Source of the DNA: a virus
Lineage: Duplodnaviria > Caudoviricetes
Reading direction: 5' to 3' (one strand)
Virus record (IMG/VR): IMGVR_UViG_3300048881_000780
DNA: 64,000 nt
A program made the translations under genes and the position numbers. A model generated the notes under the pieces. That model saw nothing but the letters and a program-made list of their open reading frames with translations. It did no database searches and had not been told where the DNA came from. Below, in pieces: positions 1 to 10,197 of this stretch (its first letter is position 1; each line of letters opens with the position of its first letter).

Positions 1-119
1 AAGTATTTATTATTCTTTCCTTTTTTTATCGCGATAGGATCATAAACCTTGCTCTTAGTTGAATCTGCAAATGATGCCCCAGACAATAGAAATAATATTG
101 TTACTATGATATTTTTCAT
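1..119 (-). CDS. Partial secreted protein running off the window edge (VirB9-like position)
   Basis: ATG at 119 overlaps the stop of the upstream ORF. Translates MKNIIVTILFLLSGASFA-DSTKSKVY..., a typical signal peptide, and is open to the window edge. Confidence 0.6.
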   Translation of the reverse strand, partial: MKNIIVTILFLLSGASFADSTKSKVYDPIAIKKGKNNKY

Positions 120-838
120 TACTTTATATCTCCTAATTTCCACAGACCCCATTTACTTCTTCGCTCCCCACTAATTGGGTCATAGATATACTGAAACTTA
201 AATCCCTCATAGTAGAGACCAGATAGGGATTCATTCTTCTTTGCATCATGGAAACCTATATGAAGAAACATCTTTGCGTAAAAAACAGCTTCTTTTGAAT
301 TTCTTCTTTTAACTAAAATACCTTCAACTGTTACAACCCACCCCTTACTAGGGTCATTGGCGTCAATTCTTCTTTGTCTATACTTTTCTTTAGTATGCAC
401 AGGATAAAAATCCCAGCGATCACCAAAACTCAATTTCTCTTTATATTTATGAGATTCATCTAAATAGGCATCAAAAATATCCTTTAATCTTCCGTGTGAA
501 TTATCTCTTAAATACTTAAACCTTAAATCAAATAAATTCTGATCTTTAGTAAAGAAGGCCTGATAAAATCTTCTAGTAACGGCTCTTAATTTTCTTTCTT
601 GAAATACTGCACTCTTTTCTTCTGTTACTTTTACAAGAAAAGTTTCCTGATCTACTGAATATGTATTGTCTGGGAAATAAGTGATTACTCTTTGATCTGA
701 AAGAAATTTATATCCCACAAAGAGACAAAGTAAAATTGACGTCATCAAAGCGGAGATAACCACCAATTGCTTGATTCCCTCTTCTTTTTTTTCAATCTCT
801 TTTTCTTTTAAAGACTCAGCTAATGACTTATTACTCAT
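119..838 (-). CDS. Bitopic membrane protein, VirB8/TrbF-like T4SS component
   Basis: Charged N-tail, single TM (LVVISALMTSILLCLFVGY), then helices followed by beta strands. Size and context fit VirB8; no diagnostic motif. Confidence 0.45.
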   Translation of the reverse strand: MSNKSLAESLKEKEIEKKEEGIKQLVVISALMTSILLCLFVGYKFLSDQRVITYFPDNTYSVDQETFLVKVTEEKSAVFQERKLRAVTRRFYQAFFTKDQNLFDLRFKYLRDNSHGRLKDIFDAYLDESHKYKEKLSFGDRWDFYPVHTKEKYRQRRIDANDPSKGWVVTVEGILVKRRNSKEAVFYAKMFLHIGFHDAKKNESLSGLYYEGFKFQYIYDPISGERRSKWGLWKLGDIK

Positions 839-857
839 ACAACACCTAATTAATTAT

Positions 858-874
858 TTAACATAACACGTTAT
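858..874. promoter_or_regulatory. 17-bp palindromic operator copy
   Basis: TTAACATAACACGTTAT upstream of the virB8-like gene. Confidence 0.55.
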
Positions 875-913
875 TATTATAACCTATTTAGAAACGATAA
901 TTTTTATAGGTGC

Positions 914-1702
914 TTATTTTTCTTCAATAAGTACATCGCGTTTTTTAGCATCACAATAGATAATAGCGGTATCGTTGATCTTGCCAAATCCCATATTTGT
1001 ACTTCCAACAAGTGAATATATTTGACCGCTCTCGTCACGCTTACTCTTGATAATCTTTACTCTCTTCTCGAGTAAATCAACTTCTCTAGCAATTTCAACT
1101 ACTTTACCTTCTCTATCTTTTTGAAATTTCATCTTTCGAACGCATTCACCAGTAATCACAACACTTTTAGCGCTAGATTTTAGTTTTTTTACAAAATTAT
1201 TGGCCTTAGTTAGCTTTTCGATATCCTCACGACACTTAGCAAGCTCTTTTGAAAATCTTTCGCCACTCTCCAACTTGAGCTTATTTCTAAATTTCTTATT
1301 CTCCAGAGATATCCTAATGGCCTCTGCCTTTGAAATAGCATTATATTGAATGTCTTTTAAGTTGCACGTCGTGAGATGAGGATTCTCGTCTACCGTATTT
1401 ATAATAACTTTAATCAAAAAGTCAGTATCATTGATCTTCTCTACATTACTTACTGAGGCCAGGGCATCGGTATAGAGCCTGTCATTATCACAGCGACCAG
1501 TAATTAGAACTGATTTATTGCCAAGTTCACTCTTATAGATAGAAAAAACTGACGTTTTCTTTTCCATATGATCAATTAAATAGGGAATATTTCCCAAAAT
1601 AAGGCCAACTCGATCTGAAATCTTATAACTAGTATCAATATGAGATATGGCCGCAAAGAGAACTGCAAATATATAAACATAGCTTGAATTGAATTTTTTC
1701 AT
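914..1702 (-). CDS. Hypothetical protein with N-terminal hydrophobic segment
   Basis: 262-aa ORF with signal/anchor-like N-terminus. Confidence 0.7.
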   Translation of the reverse strand: MKKFNSSYVYIFAVLFAAISHIDTSYKISDRVGLILGNIPYLIDHMEKKTSVFSIYKSELGNKSVLITGRCDNDRLYTDALASVSNVEKINDTDFLIKVIINTVDENPHLTTCNLKDIQYNAISKAEAIRISLENKKFRNKLKLESGERFSKELAKCREDIEKLTKANNFVKKLKSSAKSVVITGECVRKMKFQKDREGKVVEIAREVDLLEKRVKIIKSKRDESGQIYSLVGSTNMGFGKINDTAIIYCDAKKRDVLIEEK

Positions 1703-1705
1703 CTC

Positions 1706-1975
1706 TTAATCCTCTTTTTCTGGGGTTACTTTCTTTTTCAAATTAAGTCCCTTAACGAACTTAAGCTCCTTTTCTAGGCGCTCACACTGCTTAAGCAAAG
1801 GATTCATTAACTCGCTGATTATAGTTAACAACTCCATGTCATTTTCAATAGTTACGCAACTAATATCTAGCCCATCAGGATTGTAGACACTAACTTGATA
1901 GCCTCCACTCTCCAGTGGTTTCACCTCTTTTAAATAGGAAACTTGAACCTTCTTTAATGATTTATAGTCAGTCAC
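1706..1975 (-). CDS. Hypothetical protein
   Basis: 89-aa ORF, GTG start, co-oriented and 3 bp from the next gene. Confidence 0.6.
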   Translation of the reverse strand: MTDYKSLKKVQVSYLKEVKPLESGGYQVSVYNPDGLDISCVTIENDMELLTIISELMNPLLKQCERLEKELKFVKGLNLKKKVTPEKED

Positions 1976-2063
1976 AAATACTCTCTTGCTTTAAGTTAAT
2001 TCCTATCTATTTTAAATAAATTTGAGCAATAAACTCTTTTTTTCAACAATTTCCTTTCCAAAG

Positions 2064-2080
2064 TTAACACTTGGCGTTAA
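2064..2080. promoter_or_regulatory. 17-bp palindromic operator copy
   Basis: TTAACACTTGGCGTTAA in the divergent promoter region before the A1-like gene. Confidence 0.75.
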
Positions 2081-2126
2081 TATCTAAATAACACAACGCA
2101 ACGCACACGATTTAAGGAATGAAGAC

Positions 2127-4712
2127 ATGAAAATTTTAGCTATGCAATTTGAAGGACTAGTAAGAGCATTTGGTCTAAAGAGTGATAGAAAAGTATTCAA
2201 AAAGATGTTAGATACATCCAAATTTTCACCAAAAGAGATTGAAGAGTTTTCTAAAGTAAAAGTAACTAAAACTGAACTAAAGAAAATGAATACTTCATTT
2301 GCTGAAAAATTTCTAATAAGAACAATGAACGATGCAAATAATTTGCAAGCAGTACTATGTGAAGTCTCTAACTTCTCTATGGGTATCGTCGCTCCGTTTT
2401 TATCATTTTACTCAGATGAAATTTTAGCGCTTATCAGTCAGGCCAGAGAAAGCTACCTAAAAGAGGTGGCCACTAGCACAGTAGAATCTTTTGAAAGAGA
2501 ATTAAGTACTGAAATTGAATATGACGAGAGTATGTTTAATGAAAAAATGATTAACTCTCAAATTCTAGTAGATTCAAACCTTAAAGAGAGAATGGAGAGA
2601 GTTCAAATCATTGAGTGCTTCTTTAAGAAGGCAACCGTAATTAATATTTTAAATACTTCAAATTTAAATTTAAGCGAAATGGCCACAAATGCCTTTGCAA
2701 CTATTGGTGTTACAAATCCTTCAACTATTCAATCTCTAGTTGATAGAATCCAAGATGATATGCCTAGCGAATTTCCTTATATGTTTACACCTAAGGGATC
2801 TTCAATTGAGACATCAATGTACTACAAGGATATAGATAGTATCGCAAGATACGCCAAAAAGATTAGTCCTGAAAAATTTAGAGAGATTACTTCAAAATAT
2901 TATGAACAAATGGTTTCAACATGTTCAAACTTCTATGTTCAAGCATATCGAGCGAAGAAGTACTATGATAAGAATCCAACGAGACAAGAGATTCTTGACC
3001 AGGGGATTTCTTCATCAGACTTTAAAAGATTCTTTGTTAATGCAAAACTAGCGTTCTCACTATCAAGAGTATTTGTACCTGAAGAACTTATCGAAAACTA
3101 CACGCCAGAAGAGTTATGGAATAAAGAAATATCAAATAGAGCCAAAAAGGAAATTAAAGAATGCCAAAGACTTTATATTTCTAGTATGGGTCAAGGTGGC
3201 GTTTCTGAGGATCTTAATACACTTTTATTTATGGCAAAAGTAAATGGTGGAAGAGTATTTCTAATGCCTGTTAAGCACACTGTACACAAGCTTGACCCTA
3301 AAATTTTAAGAATGCACTTACAAGGTGAACTTACAGTTCTTTTTGAAAGTATGAAAATCAATAGTAACCTTTATCTAGATTGCCTAGAAATTAAAGGGAC
3401 AGCTAGAAGACCTCTTAATGGTTTAGATAGCTACCGTGGTGGAAAATTTAAAAGAAACCACGATATGAGAGACAATCCTTCAATTATTATTGCAGGAACA
3501 AAACAAATTTTAAAATCTATTGCCACTGGTGGTACTCGTCACGCTAGAGTTAGCTATACGCCAGGTGCAATCACTAAACCTTTTTATCCATCTAAGACAT
3601 ATATGAAGTCTAAGGCCAATGCGCTAGCAACTGAAGAGCACTTTATGGGAGCTTTAGTTGTAGAAAAAGATGTAAGAGATACATTCCACGTTAGACAATT
3701 AATGTTTCAGGATAATTTCTCTTGTGTTGATATGGGTATTAGATATTTTCAAGATAGAGCGGAAACAACAAATGCTCAATGTGTAGTATACGGTGATATC
3801 CACTCTGATGACCTAGATAGAAAAGCACTTAAACTATTTACAGATTTAGCAGTTTCTCTTGATACTAAAGAATCTGTTATTCAAGATATTTACGATGCGG
3901 CATCTACAAATCCACATGAAGCAAAGAACCAAACTAAGAAAATGGCAACTGCTCTAGAAGGAAAAGCACACGCAAAAGATGAACTGCAACTACTAAGAGA
4001 TGATCTTAACTTCTTTGGAAAGAGATATGAAAAGACTTACATCCCTTACTCAAATCACGATGATATGTTCACTAGAGCATTTAACTCTAATGAAATTAAC
4101 AACAATCCATTCAACGCCATTTTAGCGTCAATCCTTATGCCGATGGCCATTAATACCAACCTAAGACACCACTACTCTTCTGAACAAATTCTAGAGCAAT
4201 GGTCAAAGGGAACTGGTATTAGTAAGAAAGTTCTAAAGAGACAATATCCTTTCTTAGACTCTAAGAAGCAATTACTACAATATGTAATGGAAGATCTTTT
4301 CGAATTAAAGAATCCAGGTAAGTTTAAGTGGTTTGAGCTCTATAGTGAACACAGAATTGGTGGTTACAATGTAGCAGTTCATGGTGATAAAGGTGCAAAC
4401 GGAGCGAGAGGAAGCCATCAGGCCAATTGTAAGATAGATAAGAAACAAATCTCTGGTCACACTCACGTAGCTGCCCAAATGAACCACAATATCAGTGTAG
4501 GCCATCTTCATCAGGTAGAAGGTGGTGTAGGCCCTCAGTACGCCCTAGGAGGCGCCAGCTCTTGGATGCAGACTTGTGTTTACATCTATGAAACGGGAGA
4601 GGCCCAATTGATCACCAATATCAATGGAAGACTACAAAATAATGTTGGTAGACTTACTCCACAAAATTTTAAATCAACTTATAAGAAAAGAATGAAGTCT
4701 CTACAGGCATAG
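2127..4712 (+). CDS. Calcineurin-like metallophosphoesterase, phage T5 A1 protein-like, with long N-terminal extension
   Basis: Motifs GDIH, QDIYD, SNHDD, HGDKGANGARGS, SGHTH and C-terminal GASSW..T...IYETG..QLI match my recollection of the T5 A1 family. Confidence 0.7.
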   Translation: MKILAMQFEGLVRAFGLKSDRKVFKKMLDTSKFSPKEIEEFSKVKVTKTELKKMNTSFAEKFLIRTMNDANNLQAVLCEVSNFSMGIVAPFLSFYSDEILALISQARESYLKEVATSTVESFERELSTEIEYDESMFNEKMINSQILVDSNLKERMERVQIIECFFKKATVINILNTSNLNLSEMATNAFATIGVTNPSTIQSLVDRIQDDMPSEFPYMFTPKGSSIETSMYYKDIDSIARYAKKISPEKFREITSKYYEQMVSTCSNFYVQAYRAKKYYDKNPTRQEILDQGISSSDFKRFFVNAKLAFSLSRVFVPEELIENYTPEELWNKEISNRAKKEIKECQRLYISSMGQGGVSEDLNTLLFMAKVNGGRVFLMPVKHTVHKLDPKILRMHLQGELTVLFESMKINSNLYLDCLEIKGTARRPLNGLDSYRGGKFKRNHDMRDNPSIIIAGTKQILKSIATGGTRHARVSYTPGAITKPFYPSKTYMKSKANALATEEHFMGALVVEKDVRDTFHVRQLMFQDNFSCVDMGIRYFQDRAETTNAQCVVYGDIHSDDLDRKALKLFTDLAVSLDTKESVIQDIYDAASTNPHEAKNQTKKMATALEGKAHAKDELQLLRDDLNFFGKRYEKTYIPYSNHDDMFTRAFNSNEINNNPFNAILASILMPMAINTNLRHHYSSEQILEQWSKGTGISKKVLKRQYPFLDSKKQLLQYVMEDLFELKNPGKFKWFELYSEHRIGGYNVAVHGDKGANGARGSHQANCKIDKKQISGHTHVAAQMNHNISVGHLHQVEGGVGPQYALGGASSWMQTCVYIYETGEAQLITNINGRLQNNVGRLTPQNFKSTYKKRMKSLQA

Positions 4713-4740
4713 AAGTCCTGTAAGTGTTGTGTTTAATAAG

Positions 4741-4770
4741 AAAAGGCCCTCTTCTGTAAGAGGGCCTTTT
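4741..4770. terminator. Bidirectional intrinsic terminator
   Basis: AAAAGGCCCTCTT-CTGT-AAGAGGGCCTTTT between convergent genes. Confidence 0.9.
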
Positions 4771-4818
4771 ATTTTTAAGAAGCTTCTGACAGATGATAAA
4801 GAAGCCTTTTAATCTCTT

Positions 4819-5445
4819 TTATTTAGCTGTAATAGAGAAAGTAATAGTATCTGAGTACTCACCTTCTTCTCGAGCTCTTAGATAAGCTGGATCTGCGTGA
4901 GATAGATCAATTGTTAAATCAATCGCCGCAGTATCAACACTAATCATATTAGCATTTTGATTATCAAACTTCTCACCTTCAGAAACTACACCTGTAGGGA
5001 AGTTAGTATTAATCTGAGAATCAGCTGTTCTATTTGCTGTTGCAACTGTATCTTCACCAGTCCAACCAGTTGTAACCTCACCTGGAAGGTGATCCCCTAG
5101 GGCCGCTCTATCATACTCAAGTCCATACTCGTAAGTAATTGACTCGTGAGCTTCTGAAAGATCTTTATCTTCACCAGCTCTTAGTAATTTCCACCCATTT
5201 TGAGATGTCACGTCAATAATCATTCCATTAAATGAATTACTTTGAAAATCCATTCCTAAGAATAGTACATTTGGTTGACCAAGTGAACTTGTTACATCAA
5301 CATCTTGAGATAGGTACTTAGCTCCGTCGATCCAAATATTCATTAGAGAATACTCTCCCTTTGAAGCTGTCATATCAATACTCTTATCAATTGCCATTGA
5401 TAGCGAGCTTGATAAAATTAAAAATAATGCAATAAATTTTTTCAT
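4819..5445 (-). CDS. Chaperone-usher-type pilin subunit
   Basis: Signal peptide, beta-rich, internal SQNGWKL, C-terminal GEYSDTITFSITAK. Confidence 0.65.
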   Translation of the reverse strand: MKKFIALFLILSSSLSMAIDKSIDMTASKGEYSLMNIWIDGAKYLSQDVDVTSSLGQPNVLFLGMDFQSNSFNGMIIDVTSQNGWKLLRAGEDKDLSEAHESITYEYGLEYDRAALGDHLPGEVTTGWTGEDTVATANRTADSQINTNFPTGVVSEGEKFDNQNANMISVDTAAIDLTIDLSHADPAYLRAREEGEYSDTITFSITAK

Positions 5446-5460
5446 CTATATCTCCTATTC

Positions 5461-6138
5461 TTACTTATCTGTTAGAGTGAAAGTTAAAGTGTCAATAAAG
5501 TCACCACTTGCTAATTCTCCAGCAACAACTTCAATTACAACAGGTACATCAAGTGAACCATCTGCCTTTGCCGCCGCCACAGGTGATCCTGCCGCAGTTG
5601 TTCTAGCTGGCGTTGAAACACTTGAATCGTCAAGGTTAACCATAGCACTTGCGTGCTCAACAGTATTACCACAATTCGCGGCCTCGTCAGCACCACTAGT
5701 TTCCATTCCTAGAACATCACTAGCTGACTCACCAAACTTTAATCTATAACGAGCAGAAATAGCATTACATCCACTTAGTGGGTAAACTGCTCCGGCCATT
5801 TGATCATGAATTAGTCTAAAAGAATTTGCTGAAGCAACGCTTAAATCATAACCAGATGTATTGTTAGTAAAATAAACAACATCAAAATCACCAGATCCAG
5901 CATTATTAGAATCTAGAGGAATTGAAAGAGTTGCCTTCTCTGCACAAGACTGATCGTTATCAGCAGAGTTACATAGCTTTAATTGAGATTGCGCTACAAT
6001 AGTTGTTCCGATTGTAAATTGCATACTTGAATCAAGTGCATCCGCTGAGTGAGATTGACTTTGGTCAACTGCAATAGCAAGAGGACTTAATGTAATAGCA
6101 AGAATCGCCACTAAATTTTTCAACGTTTTTTTATTCAT
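5461..6138 (-). CDS. Chaperone-usher-type pilin subunit
   Basis: Signal peptide, 4 Cys, SANSFRLIH, C-terminal GDFIDTLTFTLTDK. Confidence 0.65.
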   Translation of the reverse strand: MNKKTLKNLVAILAITLSPLAIAVDQSQSHSADALDSSMQFTIGTTIVAQSQLKLCNSADNDQSCAEKATLSIPLDSNNAGSGDFDVVYFTNNTSGYDLSVASANSFRLIHDQMAGAVYPLSGCNAISARYRLKFGESASDVLGMETSGADEAANCGNTVEHASAMVNLDDSSVSTPARTTAAGSPVAAAKADGSLDVPVVIEVVAGELASGDFIDTLTFTLTDK

Positions 6139-6214
6139 AATTTCTCCGTTTTCACGTTTGTAAAAGTGTCGTTACACCTATTTTAAATTATTTTTAAAAA
6201 AAATTAATAAATAG

Positions 6215-7093
6215 TCAGATATCCTGTTTTAAGAATAATTGCCCGCGCTGGCGAAGTTTTAACAACCTCTTCATTACTCTATTTGGAGCAACTTCCTTAA
6301 ACTCACCTCTGCGATAATCGACCTTTGAAATCCCAGTATCTTTAATCTCTTTAATGATTCTCCAATAAGGAAATTCTGGAAAGTGAACTAATATATCCGC
6401 TACTAATGAAGTTACTATGGCCGCAGATTGAGAAGTTCCCGATTTAACACTGAGAGCGTCTCTCTTATAAAATGAAATAATATCCTCTCCATCAGCGAAA
6501 ATATCCACTAAGTTACCGTAATTAGAGAAATTTGAAATCTCTCCTCCCTTGCCACTACCGACGCTTAAAATATTGTCCTGATCATAACAGGCCGGGTAGT
6601 AACAACTCTCCTTTCTTAGGTATTCACCTGGATGTTTATTTCCAGCACTTGAGACAATGATAATTCCTCTCTTCTTTGCCTTTTTAACTAACTCTAATTC
6701 CACCTCATCTGGATAAGGACCACCACCTGAATAATTAATTACATCGGCCTTAATATTAAAAATCGCATACTCTAGGGCCCTATTGTATTCCTTCACGGTT
6801 TCCTCTTCTGATAAATAGGGATCTATAGCGAGAGAGACAATCTTTACATCTGGATGAGTATTTAAGGCAATAATTCCGGCCACATGGGTACCATGATTAC
6901 TATTTTTATCAAAATCCCTATAAAGAGAGCGGATTTTACCATTTCTAAATTCTCTATTTTTATCCATTAGAAACTTATTTTTTAGCGATTTATCAAAGCT
7001 CCCAAGGCCAGTGTCGATAACCGCAACAACAATATCCCCAGCATGAGAATTGATAGCGATAAGTAAATAAAGAATCACAAGAACTTTTTTCAT
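6215..7093 (-). CDS. Secreted subtilisin-family (S8) serine protease
   Basis: Signal peptide; catalytic motifs VIDTG, HGTHVAG, SAGN, SGTSQSA. Confidence 0.93.
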   Translation of the reverse strand: MKKVLVILYLLIAINSHAGDIVVAVIDTGLGSFDKSLKNKFLMDKNREFRNGKIRSLYRDFDKNSNHGTHVAGIIALNTHPDVKIVSLAIDPYLSEEETVKEYNRALEYAIFNIKADVINYSGGGPYPDEVELELVKKAKKRGIIIVSSAGNKHPGEYLRKESCYYPACYDQDNILSVGSGKGGEISNFSNYGNLVDIFADGEDIISFYKRDALSVKSGTSQSAAIVTSLVADILVHFPEFPYWRIIKEIKDTGISKVDYRRGEFKEVAPNRVMKRLLKLRQRGQLFLKQDI

Positions 7094-7124
7094 GTGACTA
7101 TTATAAATTTTTTTAAGGACTAAT

Positions 7125-7346
7125 ATGAGAGTTAAAAAAGCGCTAGAAGATATATCAACACTACCCCAGGCAAGATGGTTTTTTCATTCCTATAAGTCTG
7201 TAATCACTACAGAACAACAAGAGTGTCTACTAATTAGAATTGAAGAGATTAAGTGTTTTTCTAATACACGAGACTGGGAAATAGCAAGTCTTAATGAGCT
7301 CATTGAAGATATCAAGGAAGAATTTAAAGAGTGTTCTTCCAATTAA
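7125..7346 (+). CDS. Hypothetical small protein
   Basis: 73 aa, AAGGA SD upstream, fills the intergenic gap. Confidence 0.55.
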   Translation: MRVKKALEDISTLPQARWFFHSYKSVITTEQQECLLIRIEEIKCFSNTRDWEIASLNELIEDIKEEFKECSSN

Positions 7347-9226
7347 TTATGGGTAACACTCTCAATTCTTTTTGCGTAAATAACATTATTAATATTCATT
7401 CCTCGATAATCACTTCTTAGACATTTAGTTATCTCTACATCTTTTGATATAGTTTTATAAGAAACGATTCCTTCACTAGCAAATGAGATATTATTTATTA
7501 AATCTTCCTCTGATTCGTAAATATCAATGATTGCATTCTTAATGTGATTCGAAAGAGAAGTCTTTGCTTTTCTAATATCTCCAGATAGATCATTGGTATC
7601 TAAGTAATCACTGATAAAATCTCTCGATATCTCAATTTCTCCTCTAACAATCTCAAGACAAGTTGATATTTCACCACCAAGACACTTACTAAATATTGAA
7701 CTAATTTGAGGGGTACCAAGAGGCTTGAATATAAAATCTCTACTTACTCTACTCATAAACTCTGGAGAAAAAGTATTCTTTAATTCATCGTTTCTAATTC
7801 TATCTCTCTTAACTTGTAAACTATCTATACTATTTAATCCAACAAGTTTAGTTCTAGAACTCTCTTTCTCTCCCACATTGGAGGTCATTATGACTATTAA
7901 ATTAGAAGCTGAATAATCACCAACTCGATTATCGTAACCTATACCTGTATCAAGTAACTTTAATAAAATATTTATTATCTCAGGCGGGGCCTTTTCTATT
8001 TCATCAATAAGCAGAATCTTTAATCCAAGTCCGGCCTCTTTTATTTTAATGTGAAGACTTCCACCTCGAGTATCTCCCTCGTAACCCCTAGGAGATCCTA
8101 TAAGGGCCCACGAATCTTCTTTTGTTGTAAAATTATTAAAATCTAACCTAATTAAAGGAATATCTAATGTTTCCTTTAAAATAGTCGCGCTAAATGTTTT
8201 TCCACACCCTGAAGGACCTCTTATTAAGTAAACTCCCACTGGAGCATTATCAGTTGATTTAACTGAGTGCTCTAGAATTCGTAAATCTTTCACTAATTCA
8301 CTTGAGAACTCTCTACAATGCTCCAACTTATTTTTAAGCTCTTTAATTTGATCTTTATTGAATTTAGTTTTTCCAACTTTGAAATTATCATCAACATATT
8401 GAATTAATTTATCTTCTAATTCCTCTTCATCTTCTCTGTCAAAAGAAATTAGAAAATGTATTAATTCATTTAGCTTCATCGCAATAGCTTTCTTTCCTTG
8501 ATAACTGCAATAACTCTTAATAAGTTTGATCGTTGAACTAGAGAAGCTTTTTAAATCAAATTTAAATTGATTTTCATGGTAGCACTTAATCCTATAAGAT
8601 GAATTAAAGTAGTCCCAAATGGCCTGCTCGTCACTTTTAAGTTGAGTAACATAGAATAAATTCAAGAAGTCACTAAATACCTCTTTAATCACCTTACTCT
8701 TCTCTTTGTCACAAAAGATATATATCAAAGACTTTCTATTCTTTAATTCCTTTATGATATCCATTACCTCATTGGAAATTTCTTTAAGTATAAAGAGGTT
8801 ATCATGGGCCTTCTCATCTTGGGCCACTTCAGTGAGAATTGATAAATCTAGAAAAACACAATCCGAATCCAATTGAGATAGAATATCTCTTCTAAATTTA
8901 TTTAAAGTAAGAGATATATTATCACTTCTAAAAGAATTCACATAACTTGAGTAATTCATCTCTACTAAAGAGTCTTCATACTCTATTAAAGTGTTAGTTA
9001 AAACTAGCGACGTACTACATTGAATAGATAGATCAAGAAAATCGATCTTCGTCTCATCCTCTTCGTTAACATGGACTTCATCGCCAATGGCCTCAAATAG
9101 ATTACTTCTTAAATGTTTTGAGATTTTCTTTCTGGCAAATAACTGAGCATCATACTCAACTAACACCCCTTGAACATTCTTATTGTTCAGTCCATCCATG
9201 GACTCTTTAACAATATTTGTTAACAT
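7343..9226 (-). CDS. ClpA/B-family AAA+ ATPase with intact NBD2 and degenerate NBD1
   Basis: GPSGCGKT, LIGSPRGYEG pore loop, LLIDEIEKA, MTSNVG, FSPEFMSRV; no Walker A in the N-terminal half. Confidence 0.85.
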   Translation of the reverse strand: MLTNIVKESMDGLNNKNVQGVLVEYDAQLFARKKISKHLRSNLFEAIGDEVHVNEEDETKIDFLDLSIQCSTSLVLTNTLIEYEDSLVEMNYSSYVNSFRSDNISLTLNKFRRDILSQLDSDCVFLDLSILTEVAQDEKAHDNLFILKEISNEVMDIIKELKNRKSLIYIFCDKEKSKVIKEVFSDFLNLFYVTQLKSDEQAIWDYFNSSYRIKCYHENQFKFDLKSFSSSTIKLIKSYCSYQGKKAIAMKLNELIHFLISFDREDEEELEDKLIQYVDDNFKVGKTKFNKDQIKELKNKLEHCREFSSELVKDLRILEHSVKSTDNAPVGVYLIRGPSGCGKTFSATILKETLDIPLIRLDFNNFTTKEDSWALIGSPRGYEGDTRGGSLHIKIKEAGLGLKILLIDEIEKAPPEIINILLKLLDTGIGYDNRVGDYSASNLIVIMTSNVGEKESSRTKLVGLNSIDSLQVKRDRIRNDELKNTFSPEFMSRVSRDFIFKPLGTPQISSIFSKCLGGEISTCLEIVRGEIEISRDFISDYLDTNDLSGDIRKAKTSLSNHIKNAIIDIYESEEDLINNISFASEGIVSYKTISKDVEITKCLRSDYRGMNINNVIYAKRIESVTHN

Positions 9227-9450
9227 TATACCTCCTGTATTTATAAATTCATTTTGGTGATGAATGAATAAATTATACTTAAGAGTATTATTTGCTCATA
9301 AGTTTTTTTTCTAAAGATTCCTTAAGAAAACCTTTAAATCCGAGAAAAAATATTTAGAAATATGACAAAAATGTTGTTTTTTGAAATCTTTTTTTTTAGA
9401 TGTTTTTTGTTTATGGATTTTTTCTCAAGAGTTCTTGATTTAAATAAATA

Positions 9451-9476
9451 AAAAAAGAGGGCATACGCCCCCTCTT
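9451..9476 (-). terminator. Intrinsic terminator after the pilin pair
   Basis: Minus strand AAGAGGGGGC-GTAT-GCCCTCTTTTTT. Confidence 0.75.
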
Positions 9477-9499
9477 CTTTCAAAACCTATCTTTATTTA

Positions 9500-10180
9500 T
9501 TACAGTTGAGCTGTAAAAGTAAAAGTAATTGTATCAGTGTAAACACCTGATGCTAGTTGATCAATAACACCAGCTGGTGCCTTTTGGATGAAAACACCCA
9601 TCTCTACTGGAGCAACTAGACCCGCTGTAGCACTCTCTGCTGAAGCATCAAGTGTATTTTGAGATCCTGTAACTCCGTTTGTTTCAAGACTTACAATATT
9701 CTTCGCTGAACCTGACATCATTGAGCTTGCATCACTATATACAGAGTTCATTTTTGCACCAATTGCTAGATCAGAAGAAATCCCTGAACCTTGGTGGTTA
9801 TCTAGCATTTCCATTTTAACTTCATAAGGAATATGAAATCTAGCGTCAGCGAAATCAGTGTCTCCACCAGCGATTTGCGCATCGTCAGTCATCTTTCCTT
9901 TTGCACTTGAAATTTCTAAATCAAACTTATCATTTGATTCGATTTCAACTTTAAAAAGAGGATCAAGACTAACACTTCCGTCTCTGATAGAGTCGATAGT
10001 GAAATCAGCATATCTTCTATCTTCTTGACTAAGAACAGTTGAACCATCCTTAATAGTCATGTGAGCAACTTGAGGAACTTCTAATTGAAGAGTCTCTGAA
10101 TCGCTTGCACTTAGGATATCTGCTGCATTAACAGAGTTAACCATTAATCCAAGAAGTAGTGTAGTTAATAGTTTATTCAT
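9500..10180 (-). CDS. Chaperone-usher-type pilin subunit
   Basis: Signal peptide, HIPYEV, C-terminal GVYTDTITFTFTAQL. Confidence 0.68.
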   Translation of the reverse strand: MNKLLTTLLLGLMVNSVNAADILSASDSETLQLEVPQVAHMTIKDGSTVLSQEDRRYADFTIDSIRDGSVSLDPLFKVEIESNDKFDLEISSAKGKMTDDAQIAGGDTDFADARFHIPYEVKMEMLDNHQGSGISSDLAIGAKMNSVYSDASSMMSGSAKNIVSLETNGVTGSQNTLDASAESATAGLVAPVEMGVFIQKAPAGVIDQLASGVYTDTITFTFTAQL

Positions 10181-10197
10181 AAATATCTCCTTCTAAA

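Noticed and set aside
6215-9226. IetAS-type AAA-ATPase/S8 toxin-antitoxin or defence pair
   Set aside because: The S8 protein has a signal peptide and is minimal, the ATPase is Clp-type, and a small opposite-strand ORF separates them.
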